NCBI GenBank assembly: GCA_963663545.1 | Contig: OY760505.1 | Span: 1,280,001-1,344,000 of the forward strand | DNA length: 64,000 nt | Source of the DNA: Candidatus Delongbacteria bacterium | Lineage (GTDB): Bacteria > CAIWAD01 | Direction of reading: 5' to 3' | Part shown: positions 19,985 through 28,980 of the stretch, one piece after another | How the letters are laid out: each line of letters starts with the position of its first letter | Position numbering within the stretch: the stretch's first letter is position 1 | The notes under the pieces: model-generated | What the model saw: only the letters and a program-made list of their open reading frames with translations | Database searches by the model: none | What the model was told of the DNA's origin: nothing | Translations under genes and position numbers: made by a program

Positions 19985-21613
19985 TCATCTGACTAGCGGC
20001 AGCGCCTCCCCCGGCGCAAGCTCAACAACACCTCTCCCCGTGCGAATCCAGACAGGCGTATCACCGGGATTGCGAGCAGCGGAATCACTGAAGATCACGC
20101 GAAGGGCGGCACGCAAGTAGTCTGCGACCTCGATGTTTTGCGCATACCATATGTCCTCGCGATGGCCGAGGCGCTCGCAAATCGCGCGCATGCGCTCCCA
20201 GCCGGCCTCGTCGAGAAAGTGGCTGTGGCCCCAGAGGTAGAGCAGCGCCGGTCGCTCTTCCTGCCAGTTCACAAGCTGATCGGCGAAGCGCAGGCCGTCC
20301 CAGTCGTTGCTGGTGGCCGCCCACTGCATCAGTCCGTCGGGCAGGTTGGCGGGCAGTTCCAGGCTGCCGCTGTCGTTAGTGGTGCGCGCGTAGCGAATGC
20401 CCTCCTGCCGGGCGATGTCGATGACGCGATAGTCGTAAGCGCCACCGCCCGCGTTACCAAAGGGATAGGCCATGCCGTGGATCGGGTGGCCAAGCAGCTC
20501 CGCCAGTGCCGTGTTACAGTCGCGAATCTCCCTGCGAATGGAGCTTGTATCACCCTGCGCCAGCCAGGGATGTGTTACGGAATGGTTGGCCACTTCGTGT
20601 CCCGCGTAAAGACTGGCCAGTTCCTGGCGTGTGACAAAATCCGGCGCATCCAGGAAGCTCAGCGTGAGATTGAAGGTGCCCACGATGCCGTATTCGTTGA
20701 AGAGGCGCGCCATGCGTTCATCAGTAGCGGGGCCGTCGTCGTAGCTCATGATCAGCGCTTTGCTCTTGCCGCCCGGCCAGGCGAAACGTGTGGGATCGAG
20801 GGAACGATTCGGTTCTTGTGGAACTCCGTTGACGCGAATGCAGCGTGACACATCCAGGATTTCAGCAGCAGAATCCGTGACACAGGCAGCGTCAAACTGC
20901 ACCTCATTCACCATCGATCGGGCCAGACGCAGGCGGAAGACGCTCGCTTCGCTATCATAGTTGCCAGCGAGCAGGGGCTTTCCCGATTCCGCATCAAGGA
21001 TTGCGCAGGTGGCGTTGGCATCCAAGGGCGTCATCGTCCACTCGGGGCCAAGCGGCTTCAGCACAATGTTCTCGACATCGAAGGAAACAGCTCCCGCTTC
21101 CACGCGTGATACAAGTGGATCTGCCCGATCTTGAGTCAGGTTTCCGGCCAACTGAAGCTCGCGCCCCTCCAACTCCGGCGGCAGATGAATCACCGTGATC
21201 CGCGCATCGCACCTCTTGGGCGGAAGATGCTGCGCCACACCATTCACCAGCAGACTTTCCTGCTCCATATCCAGCTCCAGAGGTGGCGTTTGTGTTAGCG
21301 CGTACTGTGCATCGACGAGCACCTGATTGTCGACGCCTTCCACCAGTGTCACACGGAAATTGTTGTCGTTGCTGCCATAGTTGCCCGTGATACGCCGCGC
21401 CCAGCTTCCAGGCTCAACGAAGGCAAAGCCTAGATTCGCTCCGGCGGGCGCGTCCTGCCAGGCGGCATCCAGTGGTTCTGGATCAAGAGTGGCAAAGGCG
21501 AACTCCAGCTCGCCGTGTTGAACCGTGGCACGGTTGGCACTATTGTCCCAGTTATTCAGCGTGCCCGCCAGCGCGAGCTCGACGCCTTCGAACTCCACTG
21601 GTAGATGGATCAC
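19985..21613 (-). CDS. polysaccharide deacetylase (CE4/NodB) with duplicated N-terminal domain
   Basis: SYDDG, ANHSVTHP, AYPFG, LWGHS motifs; the frame stays open upstream to 21709 and encodes a signal peptide (see findings). Confidence 0.85.
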   Translation of the reverse strand: MIHLPVEFEGVELALAGTLNNWDNSANRATVQHGELEFAFATLDPEPLDAAWQDAPAGANLGFAFVEPGSWARRITGNYGSNDNNFRVTLVEGVDNQVLVDAQYALTQTPPLELDMEQESLLVNGVAQHLPPKRCDARITVIHLPPELEGRELQLAGNLTQDRADPLVSRVEAGAVSFDVENIVLKPLGPEWTMTPLDANATCAILDAESGKPLLAGNYDSEASVFRLRLARSMVNEVQFDAACVTDSAAEILDVSRCIRVNGVPQEPNRSLDPTRFAWPGGKSKALIMSYDDGPATDERMARLFNEYGIVGTFNLTLSFLDAPDFVTRQELASLYAGHEVANHSVTHPWLAQGDTSSIRREIRDCNTALAELLGHPIHGMAYPFGNAGGGAYDYRVIDIARQEGIRYARTTNDSGSLELPANLPDGLMQWAATSNDWDGLRFADQLVNWQEERPALLYLWGHSHFLDEAGWERMRAICERLGHREDIWYAQNIEVADYLRAALRVIFSDSAARNPGDTPVWIRTGRGVVELAPGEALPLVR

Positions 21614-21712
21614 ACGAATCTGCAGACTGGTTTGGGCAAAGACAGCAGTGCTGAGGAGTAGGAGAAGGACGCAGGCAAGTGCGCGAGTTTTGGCGCTACG
21701 TGTTGTAATGTG

Positions 21713-21886
21713 TCAGCTCAGTTTTTGGATGATGCTCTTGGCAAGCATTTCATTGATTTCACGGTGCCTGGGCACTGGCTGGTACATGTTTGTGGCGGGA
21801 TTCATGTACCAATCGTGCTTGCCACCGTGACGGACAAACACGCAACTCAGCTTCTCTATCGCTGCGATAAGGTCTTTGCGTTTCAT
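21713..21886 (-). CDS. hicA: HicA-family toxin
   Basis: MKRKDLI..RHGGKHDWY..VPRHREI, 57 aa; ATGA overlap with hicB. Confidence 0.88.
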   Translation of the reverse strand: MKRKDLIAAIEKLSCVFVRHGGKHDWYMNPATNMYQPVPRHREINEMLAKSIIQKLS

Positions 21887-22074
21887 GCGACCACAAGCTC
21901 GCCAACGTGACGAACGCATGGAATCTCGCCACTTGTCAGGTCCTTGTACAAATCGAGAAGATGCTGCTGCAAGTCTTCAAGAGTATCGCCCTGAGTCATG
22001 TAGTCAGGAAACTCCTGCCAATACCCAAGCCATTTATCCCGGTCCTGAAAGTAGACGTACTTCTTGGTGGTCAT
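21883..22074 (-). CDS. hicB: HicB-family antitoxin (short)
   Basis: 'GYWQEFPDYMTQGDTLEDL' HicB motif, AAGGAG RBS. Confidence 0.85.
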   Translation of the reverse strand: MTTKKYVYFQDRDKWLGYWQEFPDYMTQGDTLEDLQQHLLDLYKDLTSGEIPCVRHVGELVVA

Positions 22075-22210
22075 GGCCGAACTCCTTTGGCTTTCGCGGA
22101 TTGTAGTAGATGGCTGCTTCACGATCAAGATCAAGGACGCCATCCTGCCGGTCCTACATCCATTCTGTCCAGATCCACTTCTGTGCTCCGTCAATCAGCC
22201 TGTTTCGTCA

Positions 22211-22247
22211 GATCTTACTCCGAATTACGCGGTTAATCGCGGTTTAC
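22211..22247 (+). repeat. 37-bp direct repeat, copy 1
   Basis: GATCTTACTCCGAATTACGCGGTTAATCGCGG(T/A)TTAC; 36/37 identical to 23516-23552. Confidence 0.92.
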
Positions 22248-22259
22248 GCGGATCAGCAA

Positions 22260-23441
22260 TCACGCACCCGGGTGCCAATCCGGCATTTCGCGCAGCATGA
22301 AGACATCGAAAAGAGGCACGGTGAAAGCGGTCGATCCGTGCGTTGGGCTCCAGATCATTCCCTTTTTTATCAATCCTTTGCGAAGAGTTCCGAGGCTTTC
22401 GACCCGCTTCCCAAGCACTTCGGCGATTGCCCCCGAGCGATGAGGACCAGGCCCCAGATCCGCCATGGCGCGCAGGTAGTCTTGCTCACGCGGGGTCAGC
22501 CGGTCGAAGCGAACGCGGAAGAAACATCTATCCAGGGCAATGGTGGCCTGGAGGCTGGCACTCTCAACGTCCGCTAGGCGAACCGGGCTCTGCTCTGCAG
22601 CTTTCCATGCATGCTTTCCCCACTCCTGCAGGAAGTAGGGATAGCACTTCGTCAGGTCGATGATCCTACTAAGCGCATCGGCCTCAATGCTTTCCCCTTC
22701 ATCTTCAATTGGCTTCTGCACAGCCTCCATTGCGGCTTCGCGCGAAAGAGCTCCCACATGCTGGAACTCGAAAAGCCGCTCTGCATAGGATTTTGCCTCA
22801 CCCGCCAACCCCGCCACCTGCGGCAGCCCGGCACCGAAGAGAATGACGGGTAGCCCCTTCTGCGAGATCAGGTGAAAGGACACGATCAGGCCGCGCAAAT
22901 CATCCTCGTTCAAGTACTGAATTTCATCGATGAACAAGGCAACGCATTTGTCTGCAGCACTGGCAGCGCGACCAATACCGAGCATCAGTTCCGGCAGGTC
23001 CACCTCGATGTTGCCGCTGTCCGCAGTCTGCGGCTCGGAAACGGCAAACTCGGCCTCCCCCAGGTTCACCTTGAAGACACTCGCAAAGCCACGCAGGGCG
23101 CCCATGGTCCTTGCTGCCAGCTCCTTCGCGCGCTCGATCTTGCTCAGGCGTAGCAGCAGGGCTTTCAGCATGGGCGCCAGGTATTCCGCAAGGCGTTGTC
23201 CCTCTGGCGCTTCCAGCTCAATGACATCAAAGCCCACTTCTCGGGCATTGTCAGAAATCCTGTTCAAGAGCACGGTTTTGCCTACGCCACGAAGCCCCAA
23301 TAGTAGCTGACTTTTCTCCGGTCTGCCGAGCTTGACTCGCTGCAGGGCGATATCCGCCGAGGCCAGGATTTGCTCGCGACCGACCAGGGCTGGCGGCTGA
23401 GTGCCAGCTCCAGGAGCAAAGGGATTCCTGATATAATCCAT
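22260..23441 (-). CDS. AAA-family ATPase with C-terminal winged-helix
   Basis: NPFAPGAG, Walker A GLRGVGKT, Walker B FIDEIQ, YPYFLQEWG, 'TPREQDYL..LIKKGMI'. Confidence 0.88.
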   Translation of the reverse strand: MDYIRNPFAPGAGTQPPALVGREQILASADIALQRVKLGRPEKSQLLLGLRGVGKTVLLNRISDNAREVGFDVIELEAPEGQRLAEYLAPMLKALLLRLSKIERAKELAARTMGALRGFASVFKVNLGEAEFAVSEPQTADSGNIEVDLPELMLGIGRAASAADKCVALFIDEIQYLNEDDLRGLIVSFHLISQKGLPVILFGAGLPQVAGLAGEAKSYAERLFEFQHVGALSREAAMEAVQKPIEDEGESIEADALSRIIDLTKCYPYFLQEWGKHAWKAAEQSPVRLADVESASLQATIALDRCFFRVRFDRLTPREQDYLRAMADLGPGPHRSGAIAEVLGKRVESLGTLRKGLIKKGMIWSPTHGSTAFTVPLFDVFMLREMPDWHPGA

Positions 23442-23515
23442 TCCAAACCCTGCCATTTAGTTGGAGTTTACTCCATCTTACCATTCTTACATCGCTTACA
23501 CAATGCAACTAGTTG

Positions 23516-23552
23516 GATCTTACTCCGAATTACGCGGTTAATCGCGGATTAC
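23516..23552 (+). repeat. 37-bp direct repeat, copy 2
   Basis: Matches 22211-22247. Confidence 0.92.
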
Positions 23553-23809
23553 ACTCGTCGAGCGGGGAGACCGGATGATGTCCCGGTGCTGTGAAAACAG
23601 GGCGGTTCACTGCAGAAGCCTGTAGCCCCACTCTCGGCATTGTCGTGGGACAGCTTCATGGGCGCAAGGCGGTGCGCTATTCGCATTTCAGCAAGCATCT
23701 GGTGGGAGTGCGAGAGAGCTCGATGCCCTACGGGGAAAACAGTGACGACCCTCGCCCGCCGATGGACACGATTCAGCATGGCCTGGGCGGGGCCCAACAG
23801 AGGGCTCTG

Positions 23810-24036
23810 CTACTCCAGCTCGTCAGCGTAGTCCGCCTGGTGATCGCTCACCTTGCCCAGCACGCGCCTGTACTTCTCTTCCGAACCGCGCGCGGCCCGT
23901 TCTGCCAGATACTCTTCGGTCATGAGGGCAGCCAGCGCGGTCGAGATTAGTTGGTTGATGGAGATGCGCTCTCGTTTGGCGAGCTGTCGATCTGCTCGTG
24001 CAGGGATTCTGGAATGCGAAGGCTGATGGTATGCAT
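23810..24036 (-). pseudogene. frameshifted ribbon-helix-helix (HicB-like) antitoxin
   Basis: MHTISLRIPESLHEQI continues in another frame as RQLAKRERISINQLISTAL..ALMTEEYLAERAARGS; AGGAG RBS. Confidence 0.7.
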
Positions 24037-24076
24037 GGGGTAACTCCTGGCTCACGCGGATCCACTAGTATCTATC

Positions 24077-25441
24077 TCAGGAATCGAGAGGGCAATTCTT
24101 GCACGTGTAGAACTGTTTGCTGCGCTTTGTGACTCTTGTCGCATGGTCCGTGTCGCACAGCAGGCTCTCAAGCAATCTGTGGAGAATTAGTAGTCTGAGT
24201 AGCTCGATATAGGGATGTAGTTTGCTCGGTGGAATAAGCCCTCTTCGATCTGTCAAATTATGATGCGCATACGCGTCTCGAGTAGCCTTTAGGTTCGTGA
24301 TGAACAAGTTTCGATCAGCAATAAACTCGTCCATTACGTCTTTCGATCTGACTAGCATATCATGGACAATAGCCCGGAAGCTTGAAAAGCCAGCTCTTTG
24401 GAGAACTTCAGAAAGCCAACTGCGATCCTCCTCCGGGCAGAGAGCTAGCACTCTTTGATTCCGCGAGATTTCGTTTGGATCTTTCTCCAATGCACCGCAA
24501 ACTTGGGATCTTGAAATGGATTCCAGAGTGCGCGCTAAATCTAGGAATACAGTTTCCGCAAACAGGTCCCTGTTGTGAATCGTACCAAAGTAGGCGAGTA
24601 GTGGTGTGCTTGAATCGCCGCAAAGCCGCAACCAACGCTGGAATAGGTCTGCATTTGCAATCGGCAGCAATTGTTCCCTGCGAAACTGAACACGTCTTTC
24701 AGCAAAAACCTCGGAATCACATCCCTTTAGGTCCCCCCAACCACCGATCAACTCGCAGAACTCCGAACTCCCATGGGGTGTAGTGTCACCATTAGCGAAA
24801 TGGATTGACTTCGCGAAAACAGACTTCCCAAATGAAAGACTGACTAGGTTACCAATTGGGTAGAAGTACTGTTTGTACCACTCGTCATAAGACAAAGGAC
24901 TTGGAGTTCGAATTGTAAGCCATCCCTCTCCAAAGAATCCATGCCTTTTGTCCCCAGCAACAGAAAACTCCGAAAACGAAATAGAATAATCTGCCGAGTC
25001 TGTCGAAAACTCCAAGTCCGTTGATAGTGCCCCTTTTGGTGGCCGGTTGGTGAGACTATTTTCGCTGCTGCTCCAACGCCCATCAGCTTGCCAGAACTCA
25101 TACAATCCAGGTACAACAAACCTTGCCGTATCAAATCTTAAGTCCTTAGTACTGTCTGCCGAATACCCCAAGTATAAGCGCCTTGCGGAAAGCTCGAGTT
25201 TACAGGGCGTAAAAAAGGACCACATGGGGCTTTGCGTTAAATCCCCTTCAAGTGTAAATGGCTGCTGCGAAAGCAATTTGCCGCGAACGACGCCGTTGCT
25301 ACTAATCTTCGGAGAATCAGTTTCACGCCAGATCAGGCTCAGTCGATTCTCCTTTGCCGACCTCAGCTCCAAGAGAGCATTATAAGTACGCCCACCCTGA
25401 CCGAACTGAACTTCACACAACTCCCGGTATGGATACTCCAT
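24077..25441 (-). CDS. ApeA-like HEPN-domain protein
   Basis: C-terminal FLDLARTLES and Rx4H motif RDAYAH (24263-24280); beta-rich N-terminus; visibly lower GC; start could be 25546. Confidence 0.72.
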   Translation of the reverse strand: MEYPYRELCEVQFGQGGRTYNALLELRSAKENRLSLIWRETDSPKISSNGVVRGKLLSQQPFTLEGDLTQSPMWSFFTPCKLELSARRLYLGYSADSTKDLRFDTARFVVPGLYEFWQADGRWSSSENSLTNRPPKGALSTDLEFSTDSADYSISFSEFSVAGDKRHGFFGEGWLTIRTPSPLSYDEWYKQYFYPIGNLVSLSFGKSVFAKSIHFANGDTTPHGSSEFCELIGGWGDLKGCDSEVFAERRVQFRREQLLPIANADLFQRWLRLCGDSSTPLLAYFGTIHNRDLFAETVFLDLARTLESISRSQVCGALEKDPNEISRNQRVLALCPEEDRSWLSEVLQRAGFSSFRAIVHDMLVRSKDVMDEFIADRNLFITNLKATRDAYAHHNLTDRRGLIPPSKLHPYIELLRLLILHRLLESLLCDTDHATRVTKRSKQFYTCKNCPLDS

Positions 25442-25718
25442 CCCAATCTCCTCTTCAAGATACAAGGAAGGCGAGTCGCTTCTGGCCTGGCCACTCAGTC
25501 CCGCCGCTCGGCAGAACATCTGAATGGTCCTGGGCCTTAGTTTCATCAGGATTCTCGCTGTCGATTTGCTTGTAGTTTCTGCGTTGGTGCGTGGCCAATG
25601 TGCGGGAAAGTGAGCTGCGATCCAATGGAAAAGATGAGTGTAGAAACCGAGTAGGATTCACCCTGCAACCAGAAAAAAGTGCAGCTGGATGGAAGCGATT
25701 GTTTTTCTGCAAAAACCG

Positions 25719-26516
25719 CTATTTGCCACCCAAAACTGCAGCTAGGTAGGAGGCGATTCGCTGTTTGTTCTCGGCCAGACTGGAGTACTGTTTCTCGCAG
25801 ATATCACTGAAGCGCGCCAACACTTTGCGGTTGATCTGCTCCTGATCCTCAAAGATGCCAATGGAATGACCTTCGATCCCCCACCTTTCAAACTGAAGTA
25901 GCGTAATGGTGGCGTCGCGGACCTTCGCATCTGTAGGTAATGCAAACACATACATGGGCACAGGCATTCCATTGATGCGGCAATCTACTTGGTACCTGGC
26001 CGTCGGATCATGTTCGTTGTCGCTCCAATCAAAGCTCAGCCTGTCCGCGTCGCAGGACTCGGCAAGATGCTGGCAGAAATCGTCGTAAAACGTCGACTTC
26101 ACTCGTTCGCGAGACAGATAGGACACATCGCTGATTTTCAAGATGGCCTGCACGAAATCGAACAGAGCATCGCCAAAGCGCTCGTCAATCACCGATGCAA
26201 TCAGCTCGCCCTCCCGGTCTTCAACGGAAAAAGCATCCAGCGCGTTGGAGATAATCTTGGCGCGAGTCCCTTTGTGCAGCTCCTTCTCGGGCAGATCATA
26301 ACTCAGATGCATGTAGGTGTGCCCCTCGTCGGAGAGCTGCCACAAACCATCCACCCTTTTCAGCACAATGCTCAAATGGTCCCGATCATCAAACTGAAAA
26401 GGAGTGAAAACGCGAAAACGGTTCGCCCCTTCGGGAACAATCCTGACCTTCTCGGAGACCTTCTCCTGAAAGGAAGTGGCAACCCGGTCCTGTATGTCCT
26501 TGGATCCGCTAGACAT
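25719..26516 (-). CDS. DUF1828-domain protein
   Basis: 'TPFQFDDRDHLSI..LSDEGHT..FVQAILKISD' pattern. Confidence 0.72.
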   Translation of the reverse strand: MSSGSKDIQDRVATSFQEKVSEKVRIVPEGANRFRVFTPFQFDDRDHLSIVLKRVDGLWQLSDEGHTYMHLSYDLPEKELHKGTRAKIISNALDAFSVEDREGELIASVIDERFGDALFDFVQAILKISDVSYLSRERVKSTFYDDFCQHLAESCDADRLSFDWSDNEHDPTARYQVDCRINGMPVPMYVFALPTDAKVRDATITLLQFERWGIEGHSIGIFEDQEQINRKVLARFSDICEKQYSSLAENKQRIASYLAAVLGGK

Positions 26517-26979
26517 CTCTGAACAGCTCTGTTTGCTCTTGATCCTTGCCGTAAACGCCGCAATCGACGAGCAGGCACTCCAGCGCCTGGTTCAAAGTAG
26601 AATATCGGCTTGTCTTCTCTGCATACGTATCCTCGCGTGAGCCGGACCGCATGTACCGCTCGGTGGCTGTGTGGATGTGGTAAGCGTAGAAGGTCTCCCG
26701 CTCGATGGGATTTGTATGCTCGTGACTCAGTCCATTGTAGCGCCGCAGCCTGACCGCTTTACCGGTGGCTAGATCAAGAAAAATCAGAATCACGGAGAAG
26801 TCAAAGGAATTGGTTAGCGATTTCCGGATCACCAATCTGAATGCATTGCCCCGGTCACCAACAAGTTCAACAGAAGCTTCCGCGTGCCCTCGCTTGCTCA
26901 CAGGAGACAGGCACCGTCGCAGCGCATCAGGCAGAATCTTGGGCTCTTGAATGAGTTCGCTGATCTCGATATCTGTCAT
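26509..26979 (-). CDS. DUF6978-like protein
   Basis: 'LIQEPK..LRRYNG.SHEHTNP..HIH' pattern; overlaps start of the DUF1828-type gene. Confidence 0.6.
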   Translation of the reverse strand: MTDIEISELIQEPKILPDALRRCLSPVSKRGHAEASVELVGDRGNAFRLVIRKSLTNSFDFSVILIFLDLATGKAVRLRRYNGLSHEHTNPIERETFYAYHIHTATERYMRSGSREDTYAEKTSRYSTLNQALECLLVDCGVYGKDQEQTELFRDV

Positions 26980-27097
26980 GATTGCGGTACTTCTCCCGAA
27001 AAGAAGATCGGTGCATCCCAGAGTCAATTTGCCAAGCAGGCTAGCACCCGTCATGGAATCTTGCTAGAGAAAAGAGCAATCGAACCGGGGAAAGAAT

Positions 27098-27125
27098 CGA
27101 GCTGTCAGAAGACTCTGACAGCTCG
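27098..27125 (-). terminator. perfect 12-bp-stem hairpin (terminator or REP)
   Basis: CGAGCTGTCAGA-AGAC-TCTGACAGCTCG downstream of the gene ending at 27152. Confidence 0.6.
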
Positions 27126-27151
27126 CGCATTCTTCTACTTCACTATCGTCA

Positions 27152-28900
27152 TCACTTCACCAGGCAAATCGCCCGTGTCACCGCGCCCGCATCCGTCGCC
27201 AGATGATAGAAATAGGTGCCGCTGGGCTGCGGCTGCCCAAGCTGATCGCGGCCATCCCACTCGACGGCGTGATGCTCGGCGGCCAGGGAGCCATGCACCA
27301 GTTCGCGCACCAAGCGGCCCTTCAGGTCAAAGATGCGCAGGTTCACCTCCTGAGCTCGCGACAGCTCAAAAGCAATGGTGGTGCAGGGGTTGAAGGGGTT
27401 CGGATAGCTGGAGACCAGAGCAAAGACACCCGGTAGGGTCGCGGGACCTTGTTCGGGGTCGACGCTGACATCATAGGGGCCAAGGGTACCGTCGTCGTTG
27501 AGATTCTGGACGTAGATGTCGGGCGAACCCGCGCGATCGTCTTCCCACACAGCCACCACGGTTTCGCCGTTGAACACTGCCTGCAAATCGCCCTTGTTGC
27601 TGGGGGTCGTGGCAAAGTCGATGGTGCCCTCCCAGAGGAAATCGCCGTTTTCGTCCAAGCCAAAGGCAAGGATGATGTCCGCGTTGTAGGCTCCACCCAG
27701 GTCCTGCTCCACAACGCCCATGACCATGCCGTCCACCAGCGCCAGCGCAGGCGAAAGCTCCATGTCCGTATCCTGCGGCAGCAGCACCTTTCCGCTCTCC
27801 GCCCACAGACGATTCCCCTCGCTGTCAAAACGCTGCGCATACAGGCCGCGCGCGCGCTGGGCGCTGTTCATATCGATGTAGGCCATGGTGTAGGCGTCAT
27901 TGCCCGCATCCCAGAGGGCGCTGGGGCTGATCTGTCCCGCCGGACCGCCCGCCTCGGGAAAAACTCCGTTGTGTGACAACACCTCTGCGCCGTCGGGTGT
28001 GATACGCTGCAGGCGCGCGTCAAAGGAATTGCCCACGGCCACATCCCAGCAGAAAAGCGCGCCGTTTTCGCCGTCGGGTTTTAGATCGAAGTAATGGCCC
28101 ATGGGCAGGGTGGCGTCGTCCATCACCCAGACAGATTCTTCCCACACCGCACTACCGCTTGCGTCAAAACGCTGCGCTTTGATCTGACGATTGGCCATGA
28201 AGGAATAGGTGGGCACGTAGCCGAGAATCACGTCGCCGTCCTCGGTAGGCACCAGCAGATTGCCCATCGGCGCAGCATCACCAGTCTCACTGACCACCAC
28301 ACCACCCGCATCCAGCAGAGGTGTACCATCCGCCGCCAGGCGCTGCATGCGCATTACGGCTTCGTCACCCGACTGCATCCAGGCCACAACCGCCTGTCCA
28401 TCGCTGGTTGCCGTGACACAAGGTGGCCCTTTGAAGTCATCGTCATCGGTCAGCGTGATCCCTTCCTCGCCCCAGAGGAAGTCACCGGCGGCGCTGATCT
28501 TGTAGACATGGATGTTGGAATTGCCGTCGCGGATGTCGGCAAAACTCACATAGGCGTTGCCCTCGGTGTCGGCGGCCAGCGACCAGTCCATCACCCAGGA
28601 ATCCTGAGTTTCGTCGCTGACGATGAGGCCGCCATCGGCAAACACGATCTCGCCTTCCGGTGAAAGCAATTGCAGCCCGACATCGTAGTTGCCGCTGGCT
28701 TGGTCGTACCAGCCTGCATAAGTGTAGCCGGCGAAGTCGCCGCCGGCGGGCACTACCGCCGTGTGCGGAACAACCTGCTCGCCATTGCCGAAGCCCAGGG
28801 CAATGTTCGCGGCAGGATCCGTCGTCCACTGCGCCGAAGCCGTGCCGGCAAGGAGTGTAGCGATTAGCACTACGCCAAGGCTCGCTATCAAGGTCTTCAT
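27152..28900 (-). CDS. secreted beta-propeller-like repeat protein with FlgD-Ig/T9SS-type C-terminal domain
   Basis: Signal peptide ..ASAQW; repeated 'AQRFD.GxxLW' units; YPNPFNP..WDGRD..SGTY. Confidence 0.85.
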   Translation of the reverse strand: MKTLIASLGVVLIATLLAGTASAQWTTDPAANIALGFGNGEQVVPHTAVVPAGGDFAGYTYAGWYDQASGNYDVGLQLLSPEGEIVFADGGLIVSDETQDSWVMDWSLAADTEGNAYVSFADIRDGNSNIHVYKISAAGDFLWGEEGITLTDDDDFKGPPCVTATSDGQAVVAWMQSGDEAVMRMQRLAADGTPLLDAGGVVVSETGDAAPMGNLLVPTEDGDVILGYVPTYSFMANRQIKAQRFDASGSAVWEESVWVMDDATLPMGHYFDLKPDGENGALFCWDVAVGNSFDARLQRITPDGAEVLSHNGVFPEAGGPAGQISPSALWDAGNDAYTMAYIDMNSAQRARGLYAQRFDSEGNRLWAESGKVLLPQDTDMELSPALALVDGMVMGVVEQDLGGAYNADIILAFGLDENGDFLWEGTIDFATTPSNKGDLQAVFNGETVVAVWEDDRAGSPDIYVQNLNDDGTLGPYDVSVDPEQGPATLPGVFALVSSYPNPFNPCTTIAFELSRAQEVNLRIFDLKGRLVRELVHGSLAAEHHAVEWDGRDQLGQPQPSGTYFYHLATDAGAVTRAICLVK

Positions 28901-28980
28901 GAATCGCTCCTTTGTCGGAATGAATAGGAACGGAGAGGCTATTCGTGATCGTGCGACGTGATACAATCGCCGCCGACATT

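Noticed and set aside
22211..23552. Integron attC sites
   Set aside because: No RYYYAAC..GTTRRRY long imperfect palindrome and no integrase
24058..24069. GGATCCACTAGT resembling a BamHI-SpeI polylinker
   Set aside because: Only 12 bp and flanks do not continue as vector sequence; chance match
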